From: the human T2T-CHM13v2.0 reference genome, Homo sapiens
DNA length: 64,000 bases
Strand: one strand, 5' to 3'
Assembly: GCF_009914755.1 (NCBI RefSeq)
Contig: NC_060935.1
Within the stretch, counting starts at the first letter, position 1, and the number at the start of each line of letters is the position of its first letter. The notes under the pieces are model-generated. The model was not told where the DNA came from, searched no databases, and was given only the letters and a program-made list of their open reading frames with translations. Both the position numbers and the translations under genes were made by a program. Positions 15,529 to 30,276 of this stretch are shown here, piece by piece.

Positions 15529-17535
15529 TCAGCAACAATATTGTAAGAACTCCTCGCAAGAGAAAAAGCTGGAATAAGATACTGGCTAAGCAAGTAAGAA
15601 AGGCACTGCCCTGCTTCTGCATACATTCAAACTAAGACATATACATTGCAGCTTACACTTACATTTTCCAATATCCCCAGGCATCCCTTTCCCTTCTCAA
15701 ACAGCCAAAAGGAACCAGCCATGCAAATAAAAATACAAGTTCAAGAGCCTAAAAGAAGTCAGTGTCCTAAAAGAGAAAATTAATGTAAAGAATTAAGATT
15801 TTCTGAAACTACACTTTCTTTCTGGGGCTGTTTACTGGCCTCCAATACATCAATCCTGTAACACTGTGAACTACAGTGATAGATTGGTACATGCTTCTAA
15901 ACACAACAGAATTTTTCCAAGGTTACATATACTGTAACAAAAGGGGCATTTTGCAGCATCTTATTTTCCTTAATCAACTAGTTTGGATATTCTAACAGTG
16001 CAAACATTGTAAACAATAAATTTTCATTACCTTTTGAACTTTCTGAAGTCAACCAAAGGCTTGTGGTATGGATGCAATGAGTACTAGACAGGCAGAGCTG
16101 AATACTAGTCAAAATATTCAGTTACTGGTGTGATAGTCCTTTTGGGGGCATACATCACTTAGGGAGAAACTGAGGTGCAAGGACATTTTACACACAGCAA
16201 AAACATTCTCAGGAATTTGTCACATCATTACCATAAGCCAAAAATCTCAAGGTCTTAGAACAGCCTGAGCTTCTGATCAAATTATATTGTAAAAAGAGAG
16301 GAAAAAAATGTGAAGCGTGCTATTTTTTAAAATAACAGTAACTACTACTACTGCTGCTGCTGCTAATTCTAAACGTTTACTGAGCCCTTATTATGTGCCA
16401 AGCACCGTGCTAGGTACGGTCATAGATTTTAACAATTAATCCCTGTAACAACCCTCTGATATTAGTTAATAAAATTAAAGTAGAATCCTCACCAAAAAAA
16501 TTTAAACTTTCCAAATAAAAATATAAATAAATTATTAAAGACATTTCACCTCTTTCTCTGCCTCAGACTACATTTTCAAGTATTAAATTTACACTAAAAC
16601 CACATTTATTTTCAGGAATTCCAGTTAAAGCGTACAGATATTCAAGATGTTGACAATTATTACAGAAGAATCACAGAACTCTGAAATTAAATACTGGCAC
16701 AGAAAACCTTCCATCCAACCTTACGGAACAACTATCCCCATTTTAAAAAAAAAGGAACAGCATATATATCAGGCTTGATAATAAGAGGCTTCTCATGCCC
16801 ACACTAGCAATGAATGATGCCATAATTATAAAGAGACCTGTATCGCCACATGCATAAAAATAATTTACATCTGCTAAGTCAAGTTTTCAATATATTATTT
16901 TGTGTGTAAACCTTATAGTAGCTGATAAAAAATACAATAAACTAATCTAAGGTAAACTAAAACACTAGGTTGTTTCTGAAGACTCACTTTAGAATTTGAG
17001 CAGCATAATAATCATAATATTAGTAATCAAACTACTTAGCAGAAAGTTCTTAGAGGGCTGGGAAGCTGTGTATAATAAAATGGAGCAGACAAGAAGGAAG
17101 GGTTTTCCGTACTGTTTAAATCAACTACAGGTCCCAGCATGCAGTGCTCTAATCTGAAGTTAAGCAAAAACTGCAATGCATACTGGGACTTGTAGTAAGT
17201 AAACCACGTTATCACAGCAAGTTTCAAGAAAGTCTGAACTATCTAGCACAATTTGACTATATCTTATTATCAGAGTCTAATCAAATTTAAATCAAATTTG
17301 TATGTTCTCTGATGTGGCACACAGTTTCTCTAGCACATACCGGAAAAAGTATCAATATTTAGACCAACATTTTCACATTAGAAAAATCTTACGTAGGAGA
17401 AGCACAGAAAAAAATGCTGAAAAAGCAAAAAAACTTGATGAATAAAAAATATAATTTTTGAAATAGTTTTTTAAAGTTTGAATGGATCCATTTCAACATT
17501 CTCTAATCCTCCCCCACAAAAAGTTTAATTGTTTT

Positions 17536-17833
<298 letters not shown>

Positions 17834-18074
17834 TTAATTGTTTTAACAGGTTGCTTTTTAACAATTATTCAAGATGTATTTTATAAATAATTTTTCTTGA
17901 AGAAAATTCTCAGAAGCAAACATTCCCCATATTCTAATATTGCCCACCAGGAAATAATTTTTATAGTAATACGCACACACCCCATCACAAAAACAAACAA
18001 AAAACACTGAAGTTCTGCTTTTGTCAAGTCCTTACTCAATATTTATGCCCTCCATTCCTCACCTCTAATTCCCT

Positions 18075-18114
18075 ACACACACACACACACACGCACACAT
18101 CCCCACACACACAC
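18075..18114. repeat. Interrupted (CA)n microsatellite
   Basis: Seen directly. Confidence 0.9.
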
Positions 18115-20669
18115 GCTTCTACAAAGAACACTTAGAAAAACAGTATTCCAACTACAAGCCCACTTCTCTCATCCACTGACCTCTTCTGAAAACACAAAAG
18201 ATTTTTTAAGCTATCAGTAACACGTCCAAACACAAGCTGATAAGTTTGAGCTAGAATTTACATATATACAGTTGCTACACACCCTCCTATTTTCTGCAAG
18301 TCTGTGGAAGGAGGCTGGGAAAGAACTAAGTGCAATCTGCATCAGGAGGCCTAACACAGGTGGTGGGTTATTTTCAGGCAACAGCACCTTCACAAACATG
18401 TTTTGGAATATAGTCCAAGAAATTCCTAACAAGGAAAGATAAGCTGGCACACAAATTTAACGCAATCCAGCTAAAAATCATCTGCAACACATGCTACTAC
18501 ATTTCACCATAAAAGTGACGGGCTACTATAAAGGATTTGAAGCTTCGTCAATACAACATACTGTCCATAAGGCCAGAGATAGCAGTTGCCATGGTTACTA
18601 TACCCACTTTTATCAGGAAATTACTGTCATTACCCCAAAGTTTTGGGTACTTATTTAAAATTTAAAAAAAACACACACAATTTAGGGTTCTGACTGTTAA
18701 TTGAGTGAAATAATCAACTACTGTTTGATTTGTAAGTATGTCGCTTTGGAGATGCACATGGTTAACAATACTTGGATCTGCAGCAGAAAAAAAATCAATT
18801 CCTTTCTGCTGCTCCTTCTCCTCAAGTACTGACAGTTTGTATTCTCAATGCAGCCAAAACAATAAAACAAAACCCATCTTTTTGGCTTCTGTGTTTAAGT
18901 TATTTTTCCCCTAGGCCCACAAACAGAGTCAAAATAAAGCCTAGATCATCAACCTGTTAGGCCTCATCCCCTTCCTATCCCCTCCATACTGGTTCACTTT
19001 CTTGACTACTTAGAAAAGGCAGAAAACATTTCTGTAACTGATTCCAAAGTATAGAAAAGAATAGTTGCCTTCAACTGAGATATTTTCACCAAAGTCTTTT
19101 TTATTTACTTTTTTTTTAAGGCAGGGAGAGGGGAGAGACTTGCAGGGTACTGAAAGGGAGAAGTGGAGGAGTATTCAAATTGCCACACAAGTCTAGTGTA
19201 AGAAAGTTGCTTTAGAAGAGTCCAAAGGATGGCTGAACCTCACATATAATTTCTAAAAGCTTTGGAAGAGTTCACCATAATTTTAAGACTGAATTGAGGG
19301 ACAAGTAATAGAAAAGTTATTCATAAAGTCTACTTCAACATTTTTACAAAAGATAACTATTCAAAAATTTAACACACATATAAGAATTATACGAAAGCCT
19401 ACAAAATAGTATGGCCACATATACACACAAACATACAAAGTAGAAAACATAAGCTATTTAAGAAATAATTATCTACAATAAATTCAATGCAATGTTAACA
19501 TATTATCTCTTTTTTAAAAAATCGCAAAGCAGCAAAAACATACACCTGAGAAAATTAATGTGATCAAAACGTTAAAGAATTCTTAGGCCTATAAAAAAAG
19601 CCCATGTACAAAAGCTCCTGAGAAGTCAACATAAATCATTAATATTTCCCAGCACAAAATAATATGAAAATTCAAACATGTTTCAAGAAATCAGTTCTAG
19701 ATATAGATATAAAAGAATTCCATTAAAGGTCAGAGACCTAAAACTTTAATTCCTTCCCTTCTCTGTTTGAATAGTAATTAAATACAAAAGCCTTCAGCAA
19801 TAAAATACTAAGGATACAAAATTTAAAAGCACATTAATATAAGCTTAACTTCAGTATGTCTTCACAGAAAGCTTTACTATTCACTGTCTGTAGGATGAAA
19901 AAGTTAATAACACCCTGAGAGGTTTCATTTTTATCTAAACAGTTAAGTGTTTTTCTCACCGTTCACAGAAGCAAGTTTCTATATTTACTTTCTAAAGGGG
20001 GCAATTTCAAAAGAATAGTCACTTCTAAAATTTAAGATACTATACCTTTTGATAGGCTCATAAACACAGGGTTCCTAATTATCTATATTTTACTTTAAAA
20101 TGTTTCTATTCCAAATTTGTGAGCAGAGTTTATAAGAAAGCTGAAACTCAAGGCTTTAAACTTTTGGGTTATTTTTACACAAAAATATTTCAGTGCACTC
20201 CTCTAGATTTGAGTAGTCATTTCCTTGTGCATCCTTCTAAAATAGAAAAACAAAAATGATATATCCATATATACCTAATACTAACACATACAGATATACA
20301 TCTTTTTCACTGTGAAACAAGCTTGAAAGCTTTAGGCAGTAAGAATTTTTCAGAAAGTTAGCAGAGTCAGTCAAAACATTCAAAACTTGAACCATGACAT
20401 CTGTTACTCTGTCAATAAGAGTCTATAGAAGAATCAGGGAACTTACATACTCACTAAAATCAACTACTATCACATCACATCAATGGAGAAATGAAGAAAA
20501 ACTGTAATAGGGGACATACAATTCACAGGATCTTCAAAAGGGAAAATGATCTTTTTTTTTTTTTTAAATTATGAGAAACTGACTAGGCAGCATTTTTTCA
20601 AAAGCAGCTTCAAAACTATAACAAAGACATTTTTGGTAACCACAGCAGTATTTAAAAAACAAAAATTTA

Positions 20670-21040
<371 letters not shown>

Positions 21041-24000
21041 TTAAAGACAGAAGCTTCTGTCCATGTATTAATTAGTTACCTATCTCAACAACTTAATATC
21101 TGCATGCTTTCTTACCATTTATGAAGAACTTTTATATGTATTATCTCATTTGGTCTTACTGAGAAAACAGTATTTTGCCTACAAAATAGACAAAATTCAA
21201 AGCAGATTTATCAAACTTTCTAGCATCCCCAAATTTTTAAAACTTCGACACAAAACTTTACAAGCAACCACAGTGGCATGATATTTTCAGTGATAATCAA
21301 TTCACCTAACACTAACAGAGTTTCAAAGGACCATGTGCTATAAATGCTATGAAACTGTTAAAGTAGCTATATTCATCTTTATGCAGTTACTGTTACATCA
21401 ACAATGACCTACCACTGATACAACTTGACTTACAGTTCAAGAATCTCAGTCTTTGCAGGCTAACTTAAGTACATCAACCATATGTATTTATAAAGCCGAG
21501 TGCCTAAAAATTGATCTATATTAGAATCATAGTCTGTAAATCCGAGGGGAAAAAACTACAAGAAGTCTAAAATTTTTTCAACACACTATACCCCTTTCCA
21601 AAATCTCAACTACTCTATATCCTATTTGTATTAATATTATAGGGATGATAACAAGGCTTAAAGCCCTAAATCATACCAACTACTTTTGTTTATAACAATT
21701 ACAAATAATTTTTTAAAATACGTGCTCAACATCCCACTCATCAACACAAGACTAATTCCCCTTCCAAATAAAATAATTCTAAACAGTGCTCTGTACCAAG
21801 GGCCAGAATCCTTATACTATCCGCAATCGCACATCTACTTTGTACAGTCAAAGACTTCACTTTCAAGTAGCAAACATTATTTATGAATGGAATTTTTAAA
21901 TGGACTTACTCAAAATCTTTCTGGAACTTTAAGGTGTTAATCCTGTTGCTTAGCTGAAGCTAAGCAGAGCTGTAATAAGTAGCAAGACCCTCAAAATTCA
22001 AAAATTTCCTTTATCTTGCTGTAGCACCTCCTGCTGGATAGCATTTAGAGATCTTCATGTAAGCAGAAGAAGAGTATTTCAGAGGCAGCTCCTTCCAGAA
22101 GACTGAATAGGAAAAAGGATGGACCCTTCAAAGCTAAAAGAAATAGGCCCCATCCATCACTTATACCTTCTAAAAATACAATTTAGCCCAGGTAGGTGTC
22201 TTTTTCATCTATTACTACTCCAGTTCCACAAAGACTTGCCTCAGTCCAAAATACAACATGCTTAAATAAAGCCTGCAAAATTGTCTAAAAACTAAGTTAA
22301 AAAGCATTCAATAGCACCCAAGCAAAACACTTTATTATGGGCAGCCAAGCAATGTCAGTCAAACTGTAAATACTATTATGTTACCAAAAGCAAAAGTCTG
22401 ATGTTAAAAAAAAAAAAAAAAAGCCCCTGGAATATTCGTAACATGTTAGCCAGATGTTTGTGTTTTGAGAACTTTGTGCACTATTACTATGCTCTTCACT
22501 TAAGGATAGTTGTACATCTACAAACGTTTTAAGTACAGAAATTTTTTTATAAACATTAGCATAACTGTACACAAAATTTCCTCTTTGCCATGAAAAGATA
22601 GGTCCTGGGATTTGAAAATGTATTTTTCAGACATTTTTAATGACCCCCTAAAATAAACTAGTTTTAAGCCCACAACACCGATTCCATAAACAAGTAAAGA
22701 CAGAAGAAGAGAATAAGAAGGAACTTACCAAAATTAAAATGAATAATAGTATTTCCAGTAAAAATGTAGTAACAGTTTCCAACAATGCTGTAAACCAAAT
22801 AAATTGTGAAACTTAAAAAAGGAAGGAGGGGGCCAGTCTTCAAAGACCAAAAGCAAAGCTGACCTATTTATTTCTATTGCTTAGAGTGAACACCAGATGT
22901 AAACAAATATCATAAACACTGAAAAGTACGCTTACATGGTTTAGCCTCAATTTCAGTACCCTTACCAGGCCCTCAATAAAGCTACAGATGTTGGTGAGAA
23001 CTCGCTCAAAAAGGAGATAATTCCAGCCCCTCGCCTTAAAGAATCCCTATCAAGTGAACCTGTGAAAAGACTTCCTTCCCAGAGTGCACAACTGCTTTAA
23101 AAAAAAAAAAACTTTCATCAGCCCAAATTAATCTGATTCTAATATTCAACTATCCATTATTTATATATAAATGTTCTTCCCTCTCTAACTTTCCCAGCTC
23201 GAGCATCTACATTCCTGACACCGACTATTAGCAAAAATGCACAACTCCTTCCCCAGCTATGGGGCAAATCTTTGAAATCTGAAACACAGCCACAAAGTTC
23301 ACTGTCAAGGCCAGGTGATGAGGCCCACACATGCCCGGACCTTCACTCAGATTTGAAATTCTAGAAATCCATACTCCCAGAGACATCATTTTAAAAACAA
23401 CACAATGTGGACGTGCAGAGTGAGATCCTCTACTTCCAGACCTAAACAAAGAATATTTCAACATATGACCGGAATATGATGACACCAGATTCACCAATGA
23501 AAACAAAACCTGCCGACCATTAGCAGTCGTACCCTCATCACAACAACTCAACTACTTAGAAATCACTCTCGGCACATCTGCACCCGACAACCGGCCTGTG
23601 GCCTTCTCCGGGGGTGCAAGCCACAGACAAAGTTGAAAGAAGGCGTTCTCCTCCGGTGCCCAATCTCGATACCAACCCCTCCCCTACCAGGGCCACCTTG
23701 CTGCTACCCACCATCGCGAACGTGGTCAGGGGAAAAAAAAAAAAAAAGAAATCCTAACAGCACCGCTCAGCAGAATAAAGAGACCAAAGAGAGGATGACG
23801 AGAAGTGTTGGGAACTGCGTGCACGACGGGGCTGGACCAAACGGAAAGAGTCCCACTCCGCGCGCCCCTCCCCCCGGCGGGGGCGCGGGCGGGGGAGGGG
23901 CGGCCGCGGCCCCTCTCGGAGCGGCCTGTCCGCCCCGGCCCGCTCGGGGTCCCGGGGGCGCCCCGCGGCCGCCGGCGGCGGGGGCGAATGCGGGAGGGCC

Positions 24001-25043
24001 GGCCCCGGGGTGAGGGGTGCAGGCAGACTCTCCGGAATAACAAGTTGCAGAAGAAGAAGAATAAGCGGAATTTCCCCAACGCTGCTCCGGCCACCCAAGA
24101 CAAATGCACCAACACACTCACACTCACACACACACAAACACACACACTGGGGCCCGGCAGCGTCAGCAGCCGCAGCTTTTTTTTTTTTAAACCAGATCCC
24201 TCAGTCAACAAACAAGATGGTTTTCCAAAAAAAAATTTTTTTTAATTAAATAAATAATCATAATAAAAACTTCCCCCCGACAGCATCCCGGGGTGGGGTG
24301 GGGGGGATGGAGGAGCCCCAGCTACCCTCCCCGGGCCGAGGGACAGCCGAGGGGGGGCGGGCGAGGCTCCGTGCCCCCCGCCCCCGCCCGCAGCCCCCGG
24401 CCGGCCCCCCGCCGGGACAATGTGACGCCCCCTCCCCGCCGCCCCCGGCACGCCGCCTCTGTCACCGGCTCCGGCCCTGCACTCTGCGCCCAGGCTTCCG
24501 AGGCTGCTCATAAACTTACTTCCAATTTATCCTGGGGAGGGGTGGAGGGCAGAGGGGAGGGGGGGGAGCCAAGGTTTTCCCATTGTCTTTTTTTTCGGGG
24601 GGGAGGTATGGGAAGGGCACGCAGGGGGGCGCCCCGAAGGGGAAGTTATTGCTCAAATCTCAAGTTGACTGAGGGGTCCTGACGAGAACACCCCCCTTTC
24701 CCTCCTCCCTCCCACACACCCCTCCCCTCCCCCTACCTCCCCCCACAACAAACTCCAAGCAGGCAGCCCCTGATCCTCCCAGAGACAAACACCAGCGACA
24801 AGACAGAGGGAGAGAGGAGAGAGGCAGAGGGGGAAGGGGGAGGGAGGGGAAATAGAGCTACTCCAGAAAAAAAGAGAGAGAGGAGAGTGAGAAGAAGAGA
24901 GAATGGAAAAGCTGGGATACTGCACCCTCCTGCTGCTGGCTGGCTGTCCCCCCTGGCAGCTGGAGGCAGGAACTCTGAGCAGGAGAAGCAGGAGGAGGAG
25001 GAGGAGGGAACTCTTCTTCATGGGGAGGGAGGGAAGAAGCTGG

Positions 25044-25071
25044 AGCTGCTGCTGCTGCTTCTGCTGCTGCT
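25044..25071 (-). repeat. Interrupted (CAG)n repeat in the 5' UTR
   Basis: + strand gctgctgctgctgctgcttctgctgctgc. Confidence 0.9.
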
Positions 25072-25124
25072 CTGGGCCTCTCGCACTTTTTAGATATTAG
25101 TGTGTTAAGATGGTAGGTTGTTCC

Positions 25125-25169
25125 CTTCTCCCTCCTCCTCCTCCTCCTCTCCTCTCCTCTCTCTCTCAC

Positions 25170-25200
<31 letters not shown>
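25125..25200. repeat. Polypyrimidine (CCT)n/(CT)n tract in the first exon
   Basis: ctcctcctcctc...ctctctctctctctct seen directly. Confidence 0.95.
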
Positions 25201-27839
25201 GGGCTGTTTCTTTCCTCCTCTTCCCCAGGCAAGGGGGGGTGGGGAGGAGGGGGTTGGGGGGAGGAACTGGATCCTCCTCCTCCTCCAGGAGGGACACACA
25301 CAGGCCCCGGGCCGGAATCGGGAGGGGGGAATCAGAGCAGCAGGAGAGAAACTGTAGGAGACAAACAAGCCCAACTCTTCATCCTCCTCCTCCTCTCAGC
25401 AGCAGCAGCGAGCACCACCAGCCCATTCACCACCCGGCCCCGGGCCGCAGCACCTCCGCCGCCTCAGCCCGGGGATCCCTCCGCCCAGGCCCAGACACAC
25501 TCGCCCGCGCGGGAGCCCGCCGCGCGGCCCCGCCGGCCCGCCGCCGCCGCCGCCGTGCGCGCCCCCGCCGCTCCCGAGAGCCGGGCGAGAGGGACTGGGG
25601 CTGGGAAAGCGGGGACGAGGGCGAGGGGAGAGGAGGCGCCGGGGGAGAGCGGGCCGCGGCGGGGAGGGAGGGGGCCGCCGGGCGGAGTGGTACGGCGGCC
25701 GGCCCGGGCCCCCGCGCCTCGGCCCGCGGCTCCCGGGACGCTCGGGTCCCCCCACCGGGGGCGGTGGGGCGTCGGCGGGGGGGGCGACGGGGGCCCGCGG
25801 CGGCGCTCGGGCGGGCGGACTACTTGACGTGTCGGTGCGGCGAATTTATTTCACTTTGCCTAAGGAACGGGGTGTGCTGCGGCACCCATTGCCTAGGGAA
25901 AAAACCCGGATGTAAAGTGAGTGAAACTAAACTAGAGTGAAGTAGGGCAGCGGCAGCCAAACTCCAGTGCAGCGGCGGCGGCGGCGGCGGTGATGGGGCC
26001 GAGCACCGAGCGGCGGCGAAGGCAGCCAAACTCCGGGGCCCGTGCAGCGCCGCAGCTCGGCTCCCGTGCAGCCGCAGCCGAGGCGAGGCCGGAGCCCGCG
26101 GCGGCCCCCCCCAACTCCGCGGCCCGAGCCCAACTCCCCCCTCCCGCCGGCGGGAGCTGCAAAGGGGCTCCAGAGCGGCCCCAACTCCCTCCAGTGCAAC
26201 AGCAGTTTGAAGGGGGGGGGGGAAAGCCGTGAGGGGCAGGAGCGAGGAGAAGTGATGGGGAAGCACTGCAATGGGGGAGCGTGGTCCAGGCAACAGGAGA
26301 AAGATGCAACCTCAAGTCGAATGCAACATGCAATCCCCGGCCGCCGCTCGCCCGCTCCCTCCCCTCGCCACCCCGCCCCCTTTCCAAATAACTACCCTTG
26401 AACCACTTTATTAGCAGTACTTAGTCCAGCACTCGCTCCCGGGAGGGGCGGGGGACGGGGGCCTTCGCTCACCTTTATTTATTGCTGCTTTCTCCCCCCT
26501 CTCCATGTTTTTTATTCCTAAGTTCTTTTGTTCTAAGGGGGATGATGGCATTTACTTTTCTGCTTTGTGTAGCAGGGCAATCACTGGGAATCGGCCACGT
26601 ATAATCCGGCGGTTTGTCATATTTTATTAGTGAAAGTATTTTATGCCTATTCTACCTCCAAGGACTGTAACATGGAGAATTGCAGGGAGGAGAAAAACAT
26701 CAGAAGAATTCTTGTTTTGAGAGATTTCTTGGCGGGGCGGGGGAGGGCCTTTTTTTTTTTTTTTGGAGGGGGTTTATTTAGATTTTCGAATCGATAGTTT
26801 TCAACTTGAAGCTTAACGTTTTTGTATGGATGTATTACCGGATTCTAAACCCCCAACCACAATAAATTTTTTAAAAGTAAAAAATCTTAGATTAAAAAAA
26901 ATCCCTACTGGACAGTGATATTATCTGATCTGTGCAGCACTCTGGACTTAACATAGTGTTGGCCTTCGAATGTTAAATAACAATAAACCCCAACCTCAAC
27001 TGAATACAAATGGGGGGGTGGGGGGGTTTTGTTTTTAAAGCTCAGCACTTTTGTAGCAACTGCCACTACGCATTTTCCAGGCATTGATTAGCCATGCAAC
27101 TCCCATAGGCATGAAGTCCAGTTTTTGCAGATAAAGAGCAACAGTGGTGAGATGATTTGCCCAAAGTCAAAGTGAGTCATTCGCAGAACCAGAAATAGCC
27201 TTGGACTTTACTAGTCACATCTTTTCCATTAAATAATATTTCTATTACCTTGTTATGTATTTTCACAAGAGGTGCTTTGAGATCATTGGATATGAAGGTA
27301 TTTTTTTACTTTCGTGACCTGCAAAATTAAGTTTAGTTTCTCAAGAAAAAGCAATTTTTAAAAATTCTGATTTCTTAAAAAATAAAATATGGACTTTATG
27401 GTACATGTGTAGGCCATTTAGTAGTCTGAGCTTTATGTTAAAAAAAATTCACAGCAGCGAAAGTGTAAGAGTTTGAGAGTGAAAATGAAAATTCCTATAA
27501 ATGATTCAAGAAGCCTAGATGAACTCATAATGTTGTGAAACTAAACCCATAACGCAGTCAAGATGAATAACGGGAGGACAGGTTGGGTAGTAAGACCCAG
27601 CTTTACCATCTAGAGCTAACTGTAATGTATTTAAAATGAGGGAGGGGGTCTTTCAAGCTGGACCCACTGGCCAGTCACTGGAACTATAACCTAATGGTGT
27701 GATTTCAAATCATCCCAGGCTATCAACCTTTTTTCATAGGAAGACTGCTTTGGTGTTCTTTCTGGAAAAAGAAGGTAAAATTTTTTTTGGAATTTCATAG
27801 AAAAAAATCCAGAACCTCTAATTGTATCATGCTATAGAA

Positions 27840-28186
27840 CTGGGGTTAGCAAACTTTTTCTGTAAAAGCCCAGATAGTAAATATCGTAGATTTTGCATCC
27901 CATACAGTCCCTGTCACAACTTCTCCACTCTATGCTGTTATAACCCAAAAGCATCTATACGACAACATGTAAATGAATGAATCTGGCTATGTTCTAATAC
28001 AATTTGTATTTATAGGCCTTGACATTTGGATTTAATGTACTTTTCACATGTCTTGAAATATTCTTTTGATTTTTTTCAGTCATTAAGAAAAATTTTTTAA
28101 AAAGCCCCACATTCCCAGTTTGGGGACTTCACAAAACCAGGCAGTGAGCTGGATGGGGCCCACGGGCTGTCATTTACCAATCCTTG
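27840..28186 (-). mobile_element. MER58 (B-like) hAT-Charlie MITE
   Basis: Ends ctggggttagcaaactttttctgtaaa / atttaccaatccttg; 8-bp TSD ctatagaa/ctataaaa. Confidence 0.85.
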
Positions 28187-28485
28187 CTATAAAAAAAGAC
28201 TTAAGGTGGACTAACCACTGAACTTGTACCAAAGGGTGCTTGGTTATTAAGATGTGTGGTAGCAACCAAAAATCAATGTTATGCAAAGTCATTGTCTAGA
28301 TATTTAATTAAAATATTTTTAGCTGAATGTAAGAGTGTCTAACACTCCTGTAACTACCAAACTTAATGGAAAAAAAATACTCTGGAAGTATTGCTCCTTC
28401 AACTAAGGCACTTTGGGGCAGGCTGCTTAATCTCTGTTAACAGCCTCAGTTTTCCTATCTTGTAAATTGCAGCTTAGAATACCTA

Positions 28486-28908
<423 letters not shown>

Positions 28909-29417
28909 TTAGTTAACATAACTCAAGAAGGTGAACAGGTGGCATCCCAGTATTTTGATGGTGCAGATGTGCATGTGGGATTCAGGGACTCTCGTGTTGA
29001 TTGAAGATTGTGAGGTTGGCATTATAAGCTTTGGTGGGTCTTTCTCAAGCTCTCAGCATCTCTGTGTGCTTGACACAGGCACTCTGTGGGCACACACTAG
29101 CTCTGTGGCCTTATACAAAATACCTAGGCTTTCTGAACCCTGGTGTTCCTTAAACATAAAGATAATACCTTGTGAGATTGTTGTAAGGGCTAAATGGCTT
29201 AAGTGTTAAAGGAAAAAAGATAACAATTAGTATGTTAGCGGAAATTCCAGAAATAAGCTAGAAATTGAAAGTTTACTGTCAAAAGCTGCTTTGAGACATT
29301 CAACTTTTAGACATGAATGACATAATCATAGCAGGTGCACAATAACTTAAAATTTGCTCTCCTGCCACCTAGTTACCCTTCCAACCCATTTAATTGCCAT
29401 CAAAACCCTGTTGAACA

Positions 29418-29670
29418 GTCCAGGCGCAGTGGCTCAGGCCTATAATCCTAGTACTTTGGGAGACAGAGGCAGGAAGATCACCTGAGGTCAGGAATTCAAC
29501 ACCAGTCTGGGCAACATAGCAAGACCCCATCCAAGCTACTAGTGGGGAGCTGAGGTGGGAGGATCACTTGAACCAAAGTGTTAAAGGCTACTGCAGTGAG
29601 CCACAATTGGACCACTGCACTCCAGCCTGGACAACAGAACGAGACCCTGCCTCAAAACGAAAAAACAAAA
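29418..29670 (+). mobile_element. AluJ with internal deletion
   Basis: Left arm joins directly to agctact of the right arm; flanks ctgttgaaca/ctgctgaaca. Confidence 0.85.
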
Positions 29671-29969
29671 ACTGCTGAACAAAGGTTAAAACCCAAATCT
29701 TGAATGTTATTAAATATCAAATGTGCAGTTTTAAATTTTTGTAAAAGTACTCAAATTAGTATTTTCTTACATATTCCTGCCTCCTGTTCTATGCTTCAAG
29801 AAGTTATCCAAACTCCAAGATTAGAAAACTACTTACAATTTTCTTCTTGTATTTTTATGGTTTCTATTTTTTCCATTTACTTTGCTACATTTATCTTTAA
29901 AATTTTTTTTGGTGCGAGATATGAGGTAGGAATCTAAATAACTTTTGTTCAATAAAAAGTATTTAATTA

Positions 29970-30276
<307 letters not shown>

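Larger units (their letters stand above)
24926..25425 (-). other. PHF21A: Non-coding first exon (5' UTR), probably PHF21A; TSS end approximate
   Basis: Minus strand reads (GA)n...GGGAACAACCTACCATCTTAACACACTAATATCTAAAAAGTGCGAGAGGCCCAGAGCAGCAGCAG...GGGGGGACAGCCAGCCAGCAGCAGGAGG|GTGCAG. This matches my recollection of the PHF21A mRNA leader. Putative donor GT at 24925-24924. Confidence 0.65.
23560..26470. promoter_or_regulatory. CpG-island promoter, ~2.9 kb, probably multi-TSS/bidirectional
   Basis: Very high GC and CpG density, many GC boxes (GGGCGG), (CCG)n runs, CRE-like TGACGT at 25825-25830, X-box-like motifs at ~25855-25901, no interspersed repeats. Confidence 0.95.

Noticed and set aside
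25110-25940. 276-aa + strand ORF and many overlapping ORFs across 23633-26401
   Set aside because: Low-complexity Pro/Arg/Gly/Ala translations in all frames, as expected from stop-codon scarcity in a CpG island; no recognisable domain.
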